Positions 47,401-55,678 of a stretch of 64,000 bases of DNA are shown piece after piece. The notes beneath the pieces are model-generated. The model made no database searches, had not been told where the DNA came from, and saw nothing but the letters and a program-made list of their open reading frames with translations. How positions within the stretch are numbered: position 1 is the stretch's first letter; each line of letters opens with the position of its first letter. Both the position numbers and the translations under genes were made by a program. Origin of the DNA: Terriglobia bacterium (GTDB taxonomy: Bacteria > Acidobacteriota > Terriglobia > UBA7540); assembly GCA_050008675.1 (NCBI GenBank), contig JBEKME010000016.1, positions 14,649-78,648 on the forward strand. Reading direction: 5' to 3'.

Positions 47401-48041
47401 GGCGCGGCGGAGTAGGTCCCTACGGCAATCGACGTGTCATTCATGCCGTCGAGCAGGAAATCGTTCATGCTCTCGCGCATGCCGTTCACATTGATGGAGC
47501 CGCCGCGGTTGTCGTTCAATTCCGAACCCTGCGTCCCCGGCACGACTCCGGGAGTGAATAGCGTTGCTTCCAGGAACTGGCGACCGTTGAACGGAAGCTG
47601 GCTGACCTTGGTCTGCTCGACCGTCGTGCCCACGGAATAGGTTTGCGTGTCCAAAACGGGGGCGGTTGATTTCACCTCGACCGTGGTGGCCTGCGAGCCT
47701 ACCTTTAATTGGAAGTCGATCTTCAGGTGGGCGTCAACCGTGAGAACAATGATCCCCTGCGTGGTTTTCTCGAAGCCGGCTTTCTCGGCGCTCAGTTGGT
47801 AGCGGCCTGGCGGCAGGAGAGGAATTGTGTATGAGCCGTCCCCCTGGGTCACGGAGCTTTGGGTATTACCTGTGTCGATTTCCGTGGCCGTCACCGTAAC
47901 GCCGGGGACCACTCCGCCGGAGGGGTCGGTGACAGCGCCCGTAAAACTCCCCCGGAATTGTTGCGCTCGCAAACACACACTGCAAGCGAAAAGGAGTACC
48001 AGCAGGGCGCTCAAAGATACTCGAACGGGGCGTTGCATCAT
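44481..48041 (-). CDS. TonB-dependent receptor with N-terminal carboxypeptidase-regulatory-like domain
   Basis: Signal peptide MMQRPVRVSLSALLVLLFACSVCLRAQQ. GAVTDPSGGVVPGVTVTATEIDTGNTQSSVTQGDGSYTIPLLPPGRYQL. Plug and barrel follow, with the terminal ...FALRLTW. Confidence 0.9.
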   Translation of the reverse strand: MMQRPVRVSLSALLVLLFACSVCLRAQQFRGSFTGAVTDPSGGVVPGVTVTATEIDTGNTQSSVTQGDGSYTIPLLPPGRYQLSAEKAGFEKTTQGIIVLTVDAHLKIDFQLKVGSQATTVEVKSTAPVLDTQTYSVGTTVEQTKVSQLPFNGRQFLEATLFTPGVVPGTQGSELNDNRGGSINVNGMRESMNDFLLDGMNDTSIAVGTYSAAPPLDSIAEFRMETGVYDAKFGTTGGAQINMVTKSGTNQLHGSLYEYLRNNALDARSFFEPQVLPFHRNQFGVSLGGPIVVPHLYDGHDKTFFFLNYEGLQDRLSSYSRAHVPTMAERNGDFSDLEAPDCSTQTVLLDPLILFDPSAPLTVPGNNVNNLAPAFPSGTLDPVGKAMVNFYPQPNLAASCGGENFTQPVLTIINTNSYVGRFDHRWGSKNSIFFRYNLSTDSELSPSGVPTGVPGFGLRRVDWFTATGLDWVHTFSPTLINEAKVDYNRWQYGWTSEDQGDMVNQQLGILGAPTALRDTGSPNLSFTPYDGMGAFTSAPQAGAVNTFEYADTLTHIHGNHSLAYGVQIRSIKRGNFYEDIYARDSYSFNGVVTGQLVEAGLQQALPPAAFQQIMAQLDQACPPASCSFGNGAADAMFGLPTSWIHGFSGFISGAGSENDFFAEDTWKARRNLTISLGLRYEYNTPITDKANHLGGFDFNKGQLLVAGTSLATLENFVGTAPASTASGYPVGNFVAVGTENLGSKTDNRALQRTNPHDFGPRIGFAWQPFNSTKTVLRGGYGMYYDQMTGELYFQKAFNPPFFQASSGNVQDDEQPVLAALSTPPSQGGLPLGTGLFLQDLFTSPALAPTLFPTLNPVIINLHDSTIHQWSLDVQREFPGSWLLDVGYVGTHGVHLPFMWDPNQPDNSNPAACPGGTCPRAYPDYLTMSYTDSAGKSTYNSLQVKVEKHYANGLAVIGAYTYGKSLDTNSTYYGTTGTANFPENSYDRAAEKGRSDFDYRQRFSLAYIYDLPFGRSLWKSSNRVVNYAVRSWQLAGIAMLQSGAPFTPTVDGNPSHNVDGNDRPNVVPGVSFYTAHQTVQQWLNPAAFSTPAQYTYGNAGRDILNGPGEAVWDFSLIRKFPLGERMNLEFRAEMFNILDSPNFTLPNADVSSPSFGVIGNTVQPIAGQASGGPGDPREIQFALRLTW

Positions 48042-48310
48042 GATGACCTCCGCAGCAGATTCGATATCTTGGTAAAGAAGTCAGGCCCGGGCTCAAGGCG
48101 CCTGACGGGAATTCTCCCCACACTCGAAACGCAAGAAACCAAGTCCTCCGGTCTCGCAACCCGAGCGAATGCATGGGCAGCGCCTCATAGTAACAATCTG
48201 GAATGAAAGGTTCAAGACCAAAATGTCCAATCGGGGCCTCCCATATGCGCGACAGCATACGCCTGCCCCCCTCTCGATTCAAGCCCAAATTAGGGTGGCC
48301 TCTGGGTAGC

Positions 48311-48468
48311 TGTGTCAGTTGGAATCGGATCCCTTTCGAAACAGCGGTCATTCCCGCGAAGGCGGGAATCCAGTCCGTCGGCGACGCAATTCCAATGGCT
48401 TGCGGAGTAGATTCCCGCCTTCGCGGGAATGACTGCACCTGGGAGCGCCTGTGTCTAGCAAATGACAC
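48311..48468. mobile_element. MITE-like element, copy 3
   Basis: TGTGTCAGTTGG ... GCAAATGACAC termini, with two ATTCCCGC-GAAG/CTTC-GCGGGAAT modules. Confidence 0.75.
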
Positions 48469-48581
48469 TACTACTGGCCTCTGCTTTTGCCTCTGCTTTT
48501 GCTTGACTTGCTCAGCCGGAGGGGCTAGACTTGCCAATTCTGGGCACCCTACGGGCTTGGTCAGCCGAGGGCCTTTGCGTG

Positions 48582-50393
48582 ATGACCCAAGTCCAACGAT
48601 TGCTCGCTTTTCTAAAGCCGTACTCCTTCCGCTTCCTGGTCGCATTCATTTTGATGGCCTTGGTGGGGGCTTGTGAGGCGCTGACAGCGTTACTCATCAA
48701 GCCGGTCTTTGACCGTGTTCTTGCTCCGGGTACCGACGCGGGCAAAATTGTCTTGTTCCAATGGCCCTTCGGAGGGCAGGCGATATACCTCCAGACTTTT
48801 TTCCCGGCTTGGATCCACAATGCATGGACCATTGTGGCGATTTCGATCGTTTCGGTGACCCTGATCAAAGGGGTTGCTGAGTTTCTGGCAACCTACTTCA
48901 TCAACTTCATCGGCCATTCTGTGGTAAGGGACCTTCGGAATCTTCTCTATTCGAGGATTATCCAACAGTCGATGGCCTTTTTTACCAGGACTTCCACGGG
49001 GCGGCTGATGTCAGCGGTCACCAGTGATATTGAGAGAATTCAGTATGCCGTCTCGCAGACTGCCGCAGACTTCCTGAAGCAAAGTTTTACGCTGGCGGGG
49101 CTGCTCGGCGTTCTGTTTTATGTCGACTGGCGGCTGGCATTAGGCTCGCTGATCCTGGTGCCCTTGGTGGTGTTTCCATCCCACAATATCGGGCGCTACA
49201 TTCGCATTTCGAGCCGTTCCAGCCAGGACAAGATGGCAGAGTTGAACAACGTCCTTCAGGAGACCTTCTCAGGAATCCGCATTGTTAAGGCCTTTGGCAT
49301 GGAATTGTACGAGGTGGAGAAGTTCAAGGCGGCCACGCGGCGGCTGCTGCGCGTCAGTCTGCGCTGGGTGCGGGCGCAGGCAGCGACCTCCCCGATCATG
49401 GAAGTCCTGGGCGCCATCACCGTCGCCGGTCTTCTGCTTTACGCCCGCACGGAGATCATGCACCACGCGCAGACCACCGGAGGGTTTGTGGCTTTCCTGT
49501 ATGCCCTGATTAAGACCTACGAGCCCATTAAGCGGCTCACGGGAGTCCATAACGCCTACGAGCAGGCCCTGGGCGCCTCGGAGCAAGTCTTCCACTATCT
49601 CGACATTCATCCGGATATTCACGACGAGCCGGGGGCATCACGGTTGCCACTCTTCGAGCGTGAAATTGAGTTCGAAAACGTGGATTTCGATTACGAAGAG
49701 GCGTTGCCGTTGCTGCGCGACATCAACCTGCGAATCCGCAAGGGTGAGGTGATGGCAATTGTGGGCTCAAGTGGCGCAGGAAAGACCACGCTCGCCAGTC
49801 TCATTCCCAGGTTTTTTGATGTGACGGGAGGCCGAATTCTGATTGACGGCCATGATGTTAGGGGCGTAAAGGTCAACTCACTCCGCGCTCAGATCGGTAT
49901 CGTCACACAGGAAACGATTCTGTTCAACGATACCGTGTACAATAACATCTGTTACGGGAGCCAGCCTGCCGGCGAGGAGGCCGTGAGGGAGGCCGCGCGC
50001 GCCGCCTTGGCTGAAGACTTCATCCTGGAGATGCCCGAGGGCTACCAGACGGTGATCGGAGAGCGTGGGCAGCGTCTTTCCGGGGGGCAGCGGCAACGAA
50101 TTGCCATCGCGCGCGCGCTTCTCAAGAATCCACCTATTCTCATTCTGGACGAAGCTACTTCGGAACTCGACACAGAATCGGAACTCCTCGTTCAAAGGGC
50201 GCTGGCGAACCTGATGAGGGGCCGCACGGTGCTGGTGATTGCTCATCGCCTTTCCACCGTGCGTCGCGCGGAACGGATTATTGTCCTCGACCGCGGCATC
50301 ATCAGTGAGGTCGGGAGCCATGAAGACTTGATGAGCCGGGGGGGTATGTACCAGAAGCTGCACGATCTCCAATTCGTGGACGCGGAACCATAG
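48582..50393 (+). CDS. ABC transporter permease/ATPase, MsbA-like lipid exporter
   Basis: Six-TM N-terminal domain. Walker A GSSGAGKTT, signature LSGGQRQRIAIARA, Walker B ILILDEATS. Start at the ATG at 48582. Confidence 0.9.
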   Translation: MTQVQRLLAFLKPYSFRFLVAFILMALVGACEALTALLIKPVFDRVLAPGTDAGKIVLFQWPFGGQAIYLQTFFPAWIHNAWTIVAISIVSVTLIKGVAEFLATYFINFIGHSVVRDLRNLLYSRIIQQSMAFFTRTSTGRLMSAVTSDIERIQYAVSQTAADFLKQSFTLAGLLGVLFYVDWRLALGSLILVPLVVFPSHNIGRYIRISSRSSQDKMAELNNVLQETFSGIRIVKAFGMELYEVEKFKAATRRLLRVSLRWVRAQAATSPIMEVLGAITVAGLLLYARTEIMHHAQTTGGFVAFLYALIKTYEPIKRLTGVHNAYEQALGASEQVFHYLDIHPDIHDEPGASRLPLFEREIEFENVDFDYEEALPLLRDINLRIRKGEVMAIVGSSGAGKTTLASLIPRFFDVTGGRILIDGHDVRGVKVNSLRAQIGIVTQETILFNDTVYNNICYGSQPAGEEAVREAARAALAEDFILEMPEGYQTVIGERGQRLSGGQRQRIAIARALLKNPPILILDEATSELDTESELLVQRALANLMRGRTVLVIAHRLSTVRRAERIIVLDRGIISEVGSHEDLMSRGGMYQKLHDLQFVDAEP

Positions 50394-50498
50394 GTGGGAG
50401 TTCGGGCTGAAGGATACGGAAGGGGACTTGCCGGCCGGGATTGCGAATCAGAAGCAGCAGAGGATGGGCTCCCGGTCTTGGCAAGCAGAAGAGAGGCC

Positions 50499-51395
50499 AT
50501 GATTCGAAGCATGACGGGTTACAGTAAGGCTCAAGCAGAGGAAGGGGGGTACTCTCTCTCGGTCAGTATTCGTGGCACGAACCATCGGTTTCTGGATGTG
50601 CAGGTGCGCTTCCCTTCAGCGCTGGAATCCATGGATCCCATGCTGCGGCGGCTGATCAAGGAGCACGTCAAGCGAGGACATGTGGAGGTGGCAGTCAGTT
50701 TCGAGCAACCCGGCAATGCCGGACTTCTACTTGACCGCAAGCTCGTGGCTGCCTACGTTGCCGCCTATAGGACGCTGCGAGAAGAGTTTGGTTCTGCGTC
50801 CGAGCCGGATCTGGTGGCCCTGCTGCGTATCCCCGGCTTGGCGATGGTGGGCAACGGCGAGATTTCGCCGGAAGACCTCGAGCGGGTCCGCCAGCTCCTG
50901 GAACGTGTGACCACGGAGGCCCTGGAGAGCCTGAACGAGATGCGTGCCCGCGAAGGCGAAGATTTGGGGCGTGATCTCAAGACCCGCTTGGCCCGACTTG
51001 AATCGTTAACTGAGAGTGTGGCAAGCCTCACCGAACGGCTGCCAAAGTTCTACCAGCATCGCCTTGAGGGCCGCCTCAAAGAGTTGATGGGCAGTACTGA
51101 ACTGGATGGTGTGCGACTGGCGGAAGAGGTTGCTTACCTGGCTTCCCGTTCCGACACCACAGAAGAGTTGACACGGTTCCGAAGCCATGTCGCCCAAGTG
51201 AAGCAACTGCTCGCGGAGAGTCCGGAAGTGGGAAAAAAGCTGGATTTCCTGCTGCAAGAGATGAACCGGGAAGCGAACACGCTTCTGTCAAAGACCACGG
51301 ATTTGCCCGAGGTTGGCCTGGAAGTCGCGCGCTCGGCGATTGAAATGAAGAGTGAAATCGAGAAGCTGCGCGAGCAGGCCCAGAATATTGAGTGA
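50499..51395 (+). CDS. yicC: YicC-family stress-induced protein
   Basis: MIRSMTGY N-terminus and C-terminal EMNREANTLLSKT. Start at the ATG at 50499. Confidence 0.85.
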   Translation: MIRSMTGYSKAQAEEGGYSLSVSIRGTNHRFLDVQVRFPSALESMDPMLRRLIKEHVKRGHVEVAVSFEQPGNAGLLLDRKLVAAYVAAYRTLREEFGSASEPDLVALLRIPGLAMVGNGEISPEDLERVRQLLERVTTEALESLNEMRAREGEDLGRDLKTRLARLESLTESVASLTERLPKFYQHRLEGRLKELMGSTELDGVRLAEEVAYLASRSDTTEELTRFRSHVAQVKQLLAESPEVGKKLDFLLQEMNREANTLLSKTTDLPEVGLEVARSAIEMKSEIEKLREQAQNIE

Positions 51396-52036
51396 TGGAG
51401 AAAAAGGTATCTAAACCGTGCTGCGGACGTGCCAGCATTCTGGTCATTTCAGCCCCGTCGGGGTCTGGGAAATCAACCCTGGTGAGACGGTTGCTTGCTT
51501 CTCTGCCGGATTTGGCTTTTTCGGTTTCGCACACCACGCGGCCGCGGCGTGAGAGTGAGAAAGACGGGCGCGACTACTTTTTTGTGACGCCCAAGCGGTT
51601 CGAAAGAATGATTGCTGCCGGCGATTTCATTGAGTGGGCGGAGGTATTCGGCCACCTGTATGGTACTTCGAAGGGGCAGATCGACAGGGCTCTCGAGGCG
51701 GGACGGGATATTTTGCTGGATATCGATGTTCAGGGGCATCAACAAGTCAAGAAGCGTTTGCCGGGAGCCCTCAGCGTCTTCGTTCTGCCGCCGTCCTTCC
51801 GGGAACTGAAACGCCGGCTGACGCACCGGCACTCGGATTCGCCCCAGGTCATTGAAAGACGGCTGGCGGCAGCCCGCCAGGAAATCTCCCATTGGCCCGA
51901 TTATGACTACCTGGTCGTTAATGACCGCCTTTCGCCAGCCACACAGGCTCTGCGAGCGGTAGTCCGGGCAGGGCGATTTCGGCGGCAGAACCAGGCGGAG
52001 CGCGCTCGAGAAATTTGCCAGACATTTGGAGGGTAG
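51395..52036 (+). CDS. gmk: guanylate kinase
   Basis: VISAPSGSGKSTLVRRL P-loop, and SVSHTTRPRRESEKDGRDYFFV. The ATG overlaps the yicC stop (TGATG). Confidence 0.9.
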   Translation: MEKKVSKPCCGRASILVISAPSGSGKSTLVRRLLASLPDLAFSVSHTTRPRRESEKDGRDYFFVTPKRFERMIAAGDFIEWAEVFGHLYGTSKGQIDRALEAGRDILLDIDVQGHQQVKKRLPGALSVFVLPPSFRELKRRLTHRHSDSPQVIERRLAAARQEISHWPDYDYLVVNDRLSPATQALRAVVRAGRFRRQNQAERAREICQTFGG

Positions 52037-52041
52037 ATCGG

Positions 52042-52263
52042 ATGGAATTACCTCAGAAGATAGACAGCAAGTTTCGCTTCATTCTTGTCGCCGCCAAGCG
52101 GGCCCGGCAGCTTCAGGCCGGCGTCCGGCCGCTCATTCAGAGCACTTCGAAGAGGCTGACGAGAGTAGCCCAGCAAGAAGTAATGGCGGGCTTGGTCCCT
52201 TTTGAGTTGTTAGCTCCAGCGACAGGCGAGAACGACAAGAATAAGAAACAAAAGGGTAGGTAG
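52042..52263 (+). CDS. rpoZ: DNA-directed RNA polymerase subunit omega
   Basis: SKFRFILVAAKRARQLQAG. 73 aa counted from the ATG at 52042. Confidence 0.85.
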   Translation: MELPQKIDSKFRFILVAAKRARQLQAGVRPLIQSTSKRLTRVAQQEVMAGLVPFELLAPATGENDKNKKQKGR

Positions 52264-52341
52264 TGGGTGGTATGTGGTAGGTGGGGAAAGGAACAGCGCG
52301 CGGAGCTCTCGGGACGGCTTTTGCCGAGCACCCTTGGAGGA

Positions 52342-52370
52342 AGCGCAGACCTCCAGAAAAGGTCTGCGCT
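52342..52370 (+). terminator. 10-bp GC-rich hairpin downstream of rpoZ (no U-tract)
   Basis: AGCGCAGACC-TCCAGAAAA-GGTCTGCGCT, read directly. The missing T-run makes the intrinsic-terminator call weak. Confidence 0.3.
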
Positions 52371-52381
52371 ACCAGGTTCGT

Positions 52382-52415
52382 CCCTGAATCCTGAATCCTG
52401 ACTCCTGAATCCTGG
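52382..52415. repeat. TGAATCC heptamer array immediately upstream of coaBC
   Basis: CCCTGAATCCTGAATCCTGACTCCTGAATCCTGG ends 6 nt before the coaBC ATG. It is the inverted partner of 53616..53674. Confidence 0.85.
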
Positions 52416-52421
52416 CAAACC

Positions 52422-53681
52422 ATGCGAGTTGCACTGGGGATCACCGCCGGCATCGCCGCTTACAAGGCAGCGGAGCTACTCCGCCTGCTGCAAGAGCGCG
52501 GGCTGGAAGTCCAGGTGGTGATGACTCGGAATGCGCGTGAGTTCGTCGCGCCACTTACCTTTGCGGCTCTCTCTGGCCGAAAAGTCATCACGGAAATGTT
52601 TGAGGATTCGCAGGGTGGGGCGAACCTGGAAAGCGCCATCGAACATATGGCAGTGGCGCAATCGATTGACGCCCTGGTGATTGTTCCCGCCACGGCGAAC
52701 GTGTTGGCGAAGATTGCCCATGGAATTGCCGACGACTTCCTGACCACCCTCTGCTTGGCCACCAAGGCTCCCCTCATCGTGGCGCCGGCCATGAATGTGA
52801 ATATGTGGGAACATCCTGCCACGCAGAAGAATCTGGAGATTCTGCGGGAGCGCGGAGTGAAGCTCTTGCAGCCTGACGAGGGCTACCTGGCCTGCGGAAT
52901 GACCGGCGCGGGCCGCCTCACGTCTGTCCAGAGTATCGCCCAGGCAGTTCTCGAGACGCTCGGGGTTAGTGACGACTTGAGCGGTGAGTGCGTGCTGGTG
53001 ACGGCCGGGCCAACGGAAGAGCCTTTGGATGACGTGCGCTACCTCAGCAACAGGTCTTCCGGGAAGATGGGTTATGCGCTCGCTGAGGCCAGCCGCCGCC
53101 GCGGGGCTCACGTGGTCCTGGTGAGCGGGCCCACGCACCTCGATCCTCCGGCGGGAGCAAAGGTGGAGCGTGTTCGCACCACCGAGCAGATGGCGCAGGC
53201 TGTCCTGCGTCATTTCGAGCAGGCGACAGTGACCTTGATGGCCGCGGCGGTAGCGGACTTCCAGTTTGCGGAAGTTCATCCCGGGAAGATCAAGAAGCAA
53301 GACGGGATCCCGACCCTAAGGCTTGAGCCGACGCCTGATATCCTTGCCATGATCGCGCCGCGACGCCGGCCTGGACAAGTAGTGGTTGGGTTCGCGGCGG
53401 AGACTGAGAACTTGCCGGCTAATGCCACCGCCAAACTGCATGAGAAGCACCTCGACTTCATCGTGGCGAATGACGTATTGCAGGAAGGCGCGGGTTTTGA
53501 TGTGGACACGAATATCGTGACCCTGGTCTTCCCCGACGGCCGCAGTAAAGCTTTCGAGAAGATGAGCAAGTTGGATGTGGCTCATCGCATCCTCGACGAG
53601 GTCGTCGCAATTAGGCAGGAGTCAGGATTCAGGAGCCAGAAGTCAGAAGTCAGGAGCCAGGAGTCAGAAGACAGACGGTAG
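52422..53681 (+). CDS. coaBC: bifunctional phosphopantothenoylcysteine decarboxylase / phosphopantothenate-cysteine ligase
   Basis: GITAGIAAYKAAELLRLL flavoprotein N-terminus, PAMNVNMW, SSGKMG, AAVADF. The last ~20 residues (ESGFRSQKSEVRSQESEDRR) are translated heptamer repeat. Confidence 0.9.
   Translation: MRVALGITAGIAAYKAAELLRLLQERGLEVQVVMTRNAREFVAPLTFAALSGRKVITEMFEDSQGGANLESAIEHMAVAQSIDALVIVPATANVLAKIAHGIADDFLTTLCLATKAPLIVAPAMNVNMWEHPATQKNLEILRERGVKLLQPDEGYLACGMTGAGRLTSVQSIAQAVLETLGVSDDLSGECVLVTAGPTEEPLDDVRYLSNRSSGKMGYALAEASRRRGAHVVLVSGPTHLDPPAGAKVERVRTTEQMAQAVLRHFEQATVTLMAAAVADFQFAEVHPGKIKKQDGIPTLRLEPTPDILAMIAPRRRPGQVVVGFAAETENLPANATAKLHEKHLDFIVANDVLQEGAGFDVDTNIVTLVFPDGRSKAFEKMSKLDVAHRILDEVVAIRQESGFRSQKSEVRSQESEDRR
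53616..53674. repeat. GGAKTCA/GAAGTCA heptamer array forming the 3-prime end of coaBC
   Basis: CAGGAGTCAGGATTCAGGAGCCAGAAGTCAGAAGTCAGGAGCCAGGAGTCAGAAGACAG, read directly. Confidence 0.85.
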
Positions 53682-53707
53682 GCAAGTGGGTAGCGGGTTG
53701 CAGGCGG

Positions 53708-53749
53708 GGGACAATCCAAAATCCAAAATCTAAAATCCAAAATTGTCCC
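53708..53749. repeat. AAAATCCA octamer array clamped by an 8-bp stem (GGGACAAT ... ATTGTCCC)
   Basis: Same repeat unit as in the lepA leader (14926..14955). Confidence 0.85.
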
Positions 53750-53779
53750 ACTCGCCAGCCGGGATTTCTCAACTGAGCA

Positions 53780-53810
53780 CTGTCAACTGTTGACTGTCGA
53801 CTGTTAACTT
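53780..53810. repeat. CTGTYRA heptamer array abutting the udg start codon
   Basis: CTGTCAA CTGTTGA CTGTCGA CTGTTAA CTT, followed directly by the ATG at 53811. Confidence 0.8.
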
Positions 53811-54764
53811 ATGGACGAGCGCTTACGGCAGGAGCTTGCCAATTGGCTCGAGTTCTACCGCGAATTGGGCATTGAGGAATTCTATCGGCGTGCGCCCGGG
53901 TCCGGCGGCCTCTCACCCGTTACGGGTCATCGCAGAATTGCAGATTCAGCAGCGAGCGGCGGGACGCCCCCAGTGGTCGCGACGAAGCCGGCTTTAACTG
54001 AAACCAAGCCTGTCGTCAGTCCCACCGCGCCTCTTCCCTCACCTCCCGCCCGAGCTTCCCAAACCGTAGTCGTTGCGCCGCCCGTCAGTCCCACCGCGCC
54101 TCTTCCGCTGCCCCGCGCCGGGGCTTCCCAAACCGCAGTCGTTGCGGCGCCAATCAGGCCGCCCGCACCCTCCTTGAGTCTCTTCGAAACGCCGCCGCCA
54201 AAGCCAAGTGGGCCCGAAACCTTGGAGCAAATCCGCGCGGACTTGGGGGATTGCCACCGCTGCAAGCTGGCGGGCGGCCGCCACACCATAGTTTTCGGGG
54301 AAGGCAATCCTCACGCGGAATTGGTGTTTGTTGGAGAAGGTCCGGGGGCCGACGAAGACGAGCAGGGGCGGCCGTTCGTAGGGCGCGCCGGCCAACTTCT
54401 GAACCGCATGATCCAAATGATCGAGATGAAACGCGAAGAGGTCTACATCTGCAATGTCGTCAAGTGCCGTCCCCCCGGAAACCGCACCCCGGAGAAGGAC
54501 GAGATCGAAACGTGCTCACCATTCCTTTTTCGCCAACTTGAAGCCATGAAGCCCCGTTTGATTTGTTGCCTCGGGGCGCCCGCGGTGAGGACTGTTTTGG
54601 GGATTAAGGAAGGCATCACTAAAATACACGGCCAGTTCTACGATTTCGCCACTTCGAAAGCACTCGCCACAGTTCACCCTGCCTACGTTCTTCGCAATGC
54701 CCGGGAGGAGAAGATTCTCCGCGAAGACTTCGAAAAGATCCGGGAGTTCCTGAAGGGAAAATGA
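53811..54764 (+). CDS. family 4 uracil-DNA glycosylase with a Pro-rich repetitive N-terminal extension
   Basis: GDCHRCKL Cys cluster, [43 protein letters not shown]. Confidence 0.85.
   Translation: MDERLRQELANWLEFYRELGIEEFYRRAPGSGGLSPVTGHRRIADSAASGGTPPVVATKPALTETKPVVSPTAPLPSPPARASQTVVVAPPVSPTAPLPLPRAGASQTAVVAAPIRPPAPSLSLFETPPPKPSGPETLEQIRADLGDCHRCKLAGGRHTIVFGEGNPHAELVFVGEGPGADEDEQGRPFVGRAGQLLNRMIQMIEMKREEVYICNVVKCRPPGNRTPEKDEIETCSPFLFRQLEAMKPRLICCLGAPAVRTVLGIKEGITKIHGQFYDFATSKALATVHPAYVLRNAREEKILREDFEKIREFLKGK
54015..54152 (+). repeat. 69-bp tandem duplication (2 copies) inside the udg N-terminal extension
   Basis: 54015..54083 and 54084..54152 both start GTCAGTCCCACCGCGCCTCTTCC and end TTCCCAAACCGYAGTCGTTGCG. 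They encode VSPTAPLP...ASQT(V/A)VVA twice. Confidence 0.85.
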
Positions 54765-54802
54765 GCAGCAGTAGAAGGTGCGCTGATCCCGAAATCGGTA
54801 CT

Positions 54803-54972
54803 GGTGTCATTTGCGAGACATGGGCGCTCGAAGCCGCAGTCATTCCCGCGAAAGCGGGAATCTACTCGGCAAACCTTCGGAAATTCGCCGTCGACGGACT
54901 GGATTCCCGCTTTCGCGGGAATGACTGCCTTCACAGGGCCGCACGAAAAATCAACTTCCCCCAAATGACATC
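54803..54972. mobile_element. MITE-like element, copy 4
   Basis: GGTGTCATTTGCGAGACATGGGCGCTCGAAGCCGCAGTCATTCCCGCGAAAGCGGGAATC ... CAAATGACATC. Its first ~60 nt are nearly identical to copy 5. Confidence 0.8.
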
Positions 54973-55064
54973 AGTACAAGATTCTCGAAGCGCTGGACAG
55001 CGTTTTGGGAAATGTTCTAGACTTTTCTCTTGCTGATGAAGGATACGTTGCCAGGGGGTGAGGC

Positions 55065-55232
55065 ATGGCCTTTTGTCCCGAATGCCGTACCGCAATTGAC
55101 ATCGAAGATGATGTCGAAGAAGGGCAGACGATGGACTGCCCCGAGTGCGGAGCTGAACTGCAAGTTGTGAACACAAATCCCGTGGAGCTGGAATTGGTCG
55201 CGGGCGAGGAAGAAGAAGAGGAGGGCTGGTAA
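55065..55232 (+). CDS. LysW-like zinc-ribbon protein with an acidic C-terminal tail (55 aa)
   Basis: Not in the ORF track. Sequence MAFCPECRTAIDIEDDVEEGQTMDCPECGAELQVVNTNPVELELVAGEEEEEEGW. CPxC...CPxCGAEL..V plus an acidic tail is the LysW/ArgW amino-group-carrier layout. The canonical terminal DWGE is replaced by EEGW. Confidence 0.55.
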   Translation: MAFCPECRTAIDIEDDVEEGQTMDCPECGAELQVVNTNPVELELVAGEEEEEEGW

Positions 55233-55233
55233 T

Positions 55234-55671
55234 TTGAGCACTCGTCTCCCTTCGATTCTTGCCCTCCCGTTGTTGCGAGCTCGGTCGAGCCGCTTCTCGA
55301 CGTGGAGGATCAGTTGGGGCGTTCGCGTCCTGTGCGGCGTGCTTGCTGTTGCCTGGCTGCTCCACGCTCCGGGTCTGGCGGCCAAGCAGAAAGCCCCCAC
55401 GACCAAGACGGTGAGTGGCTTGGTGACGGACAAGGCCGAGAACGGAATTAGCGGCGCCACCGTGACGCTCAAGGACCTCCAGACGGGAAAAAGCGTAGCC
55501 ATATACACGGGGGCCAATGGGCAATATCAGTTCTCCGACCTCGATCCGCATCACGATTACCAGATCCAGGCCAGTTTCCAAGGGGTGGCCTCGGAAACCA
55601 GACAGGTCAATTCCGTGGACACTCGCATGAAGCTCGTTATGAACCTGACCATTCCCCCGCCAGGCTCTTAG
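55234..55671 (+). CDS. secreted carboxypeptidase-regulatory-like domain protein
   Basis: TTG start. Hydrophobic signal (VLCGVLAVAWLLHAPGLAA). VSGLVTDKAENGISGATVTLKDLQTGKSVAIYTGANGQYQFSDL. Confidence 0.6.
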   Translation: MSTRLPSILALPLLRARSSRFSTWRISWGVRVLCGVLAVAWLLHAPGLAAKQKAPTTKTVSGLVTDKAENGISGATVTLKDLQTGKSVAIYTGANGQYQFSDLDPHHDYQIQASFQGVASETRQVNSVDTRMKLVMNLTIPPPGS

Positions 55672-55678
55672 GCTCCTC

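Noticed and set aside
48042-48310. Possible cobalamin riboswitch in the TonB receptor leader
   Set aside because: I found only weak fragments (GCTGCCCATGCA, GAGACCGG). There is no convincing B12 box or GGGAA/GGTG core, so the call is not supportable by eye.
47866-48645. 259-aa ORF and its many relatives (14650..14832, 14745..14927, 16805..17023, 16870..17121, 48203..48676, 54683..54964, 54761..55036, 56596..56802, 56633..56815) containing IPAFAGMT / SFPRKRES peptides
   Set aside because: These peptides are simply translations of the MITE hairpin modules in either orientation. The ORFs cross intergenic DNA and element boundaries.
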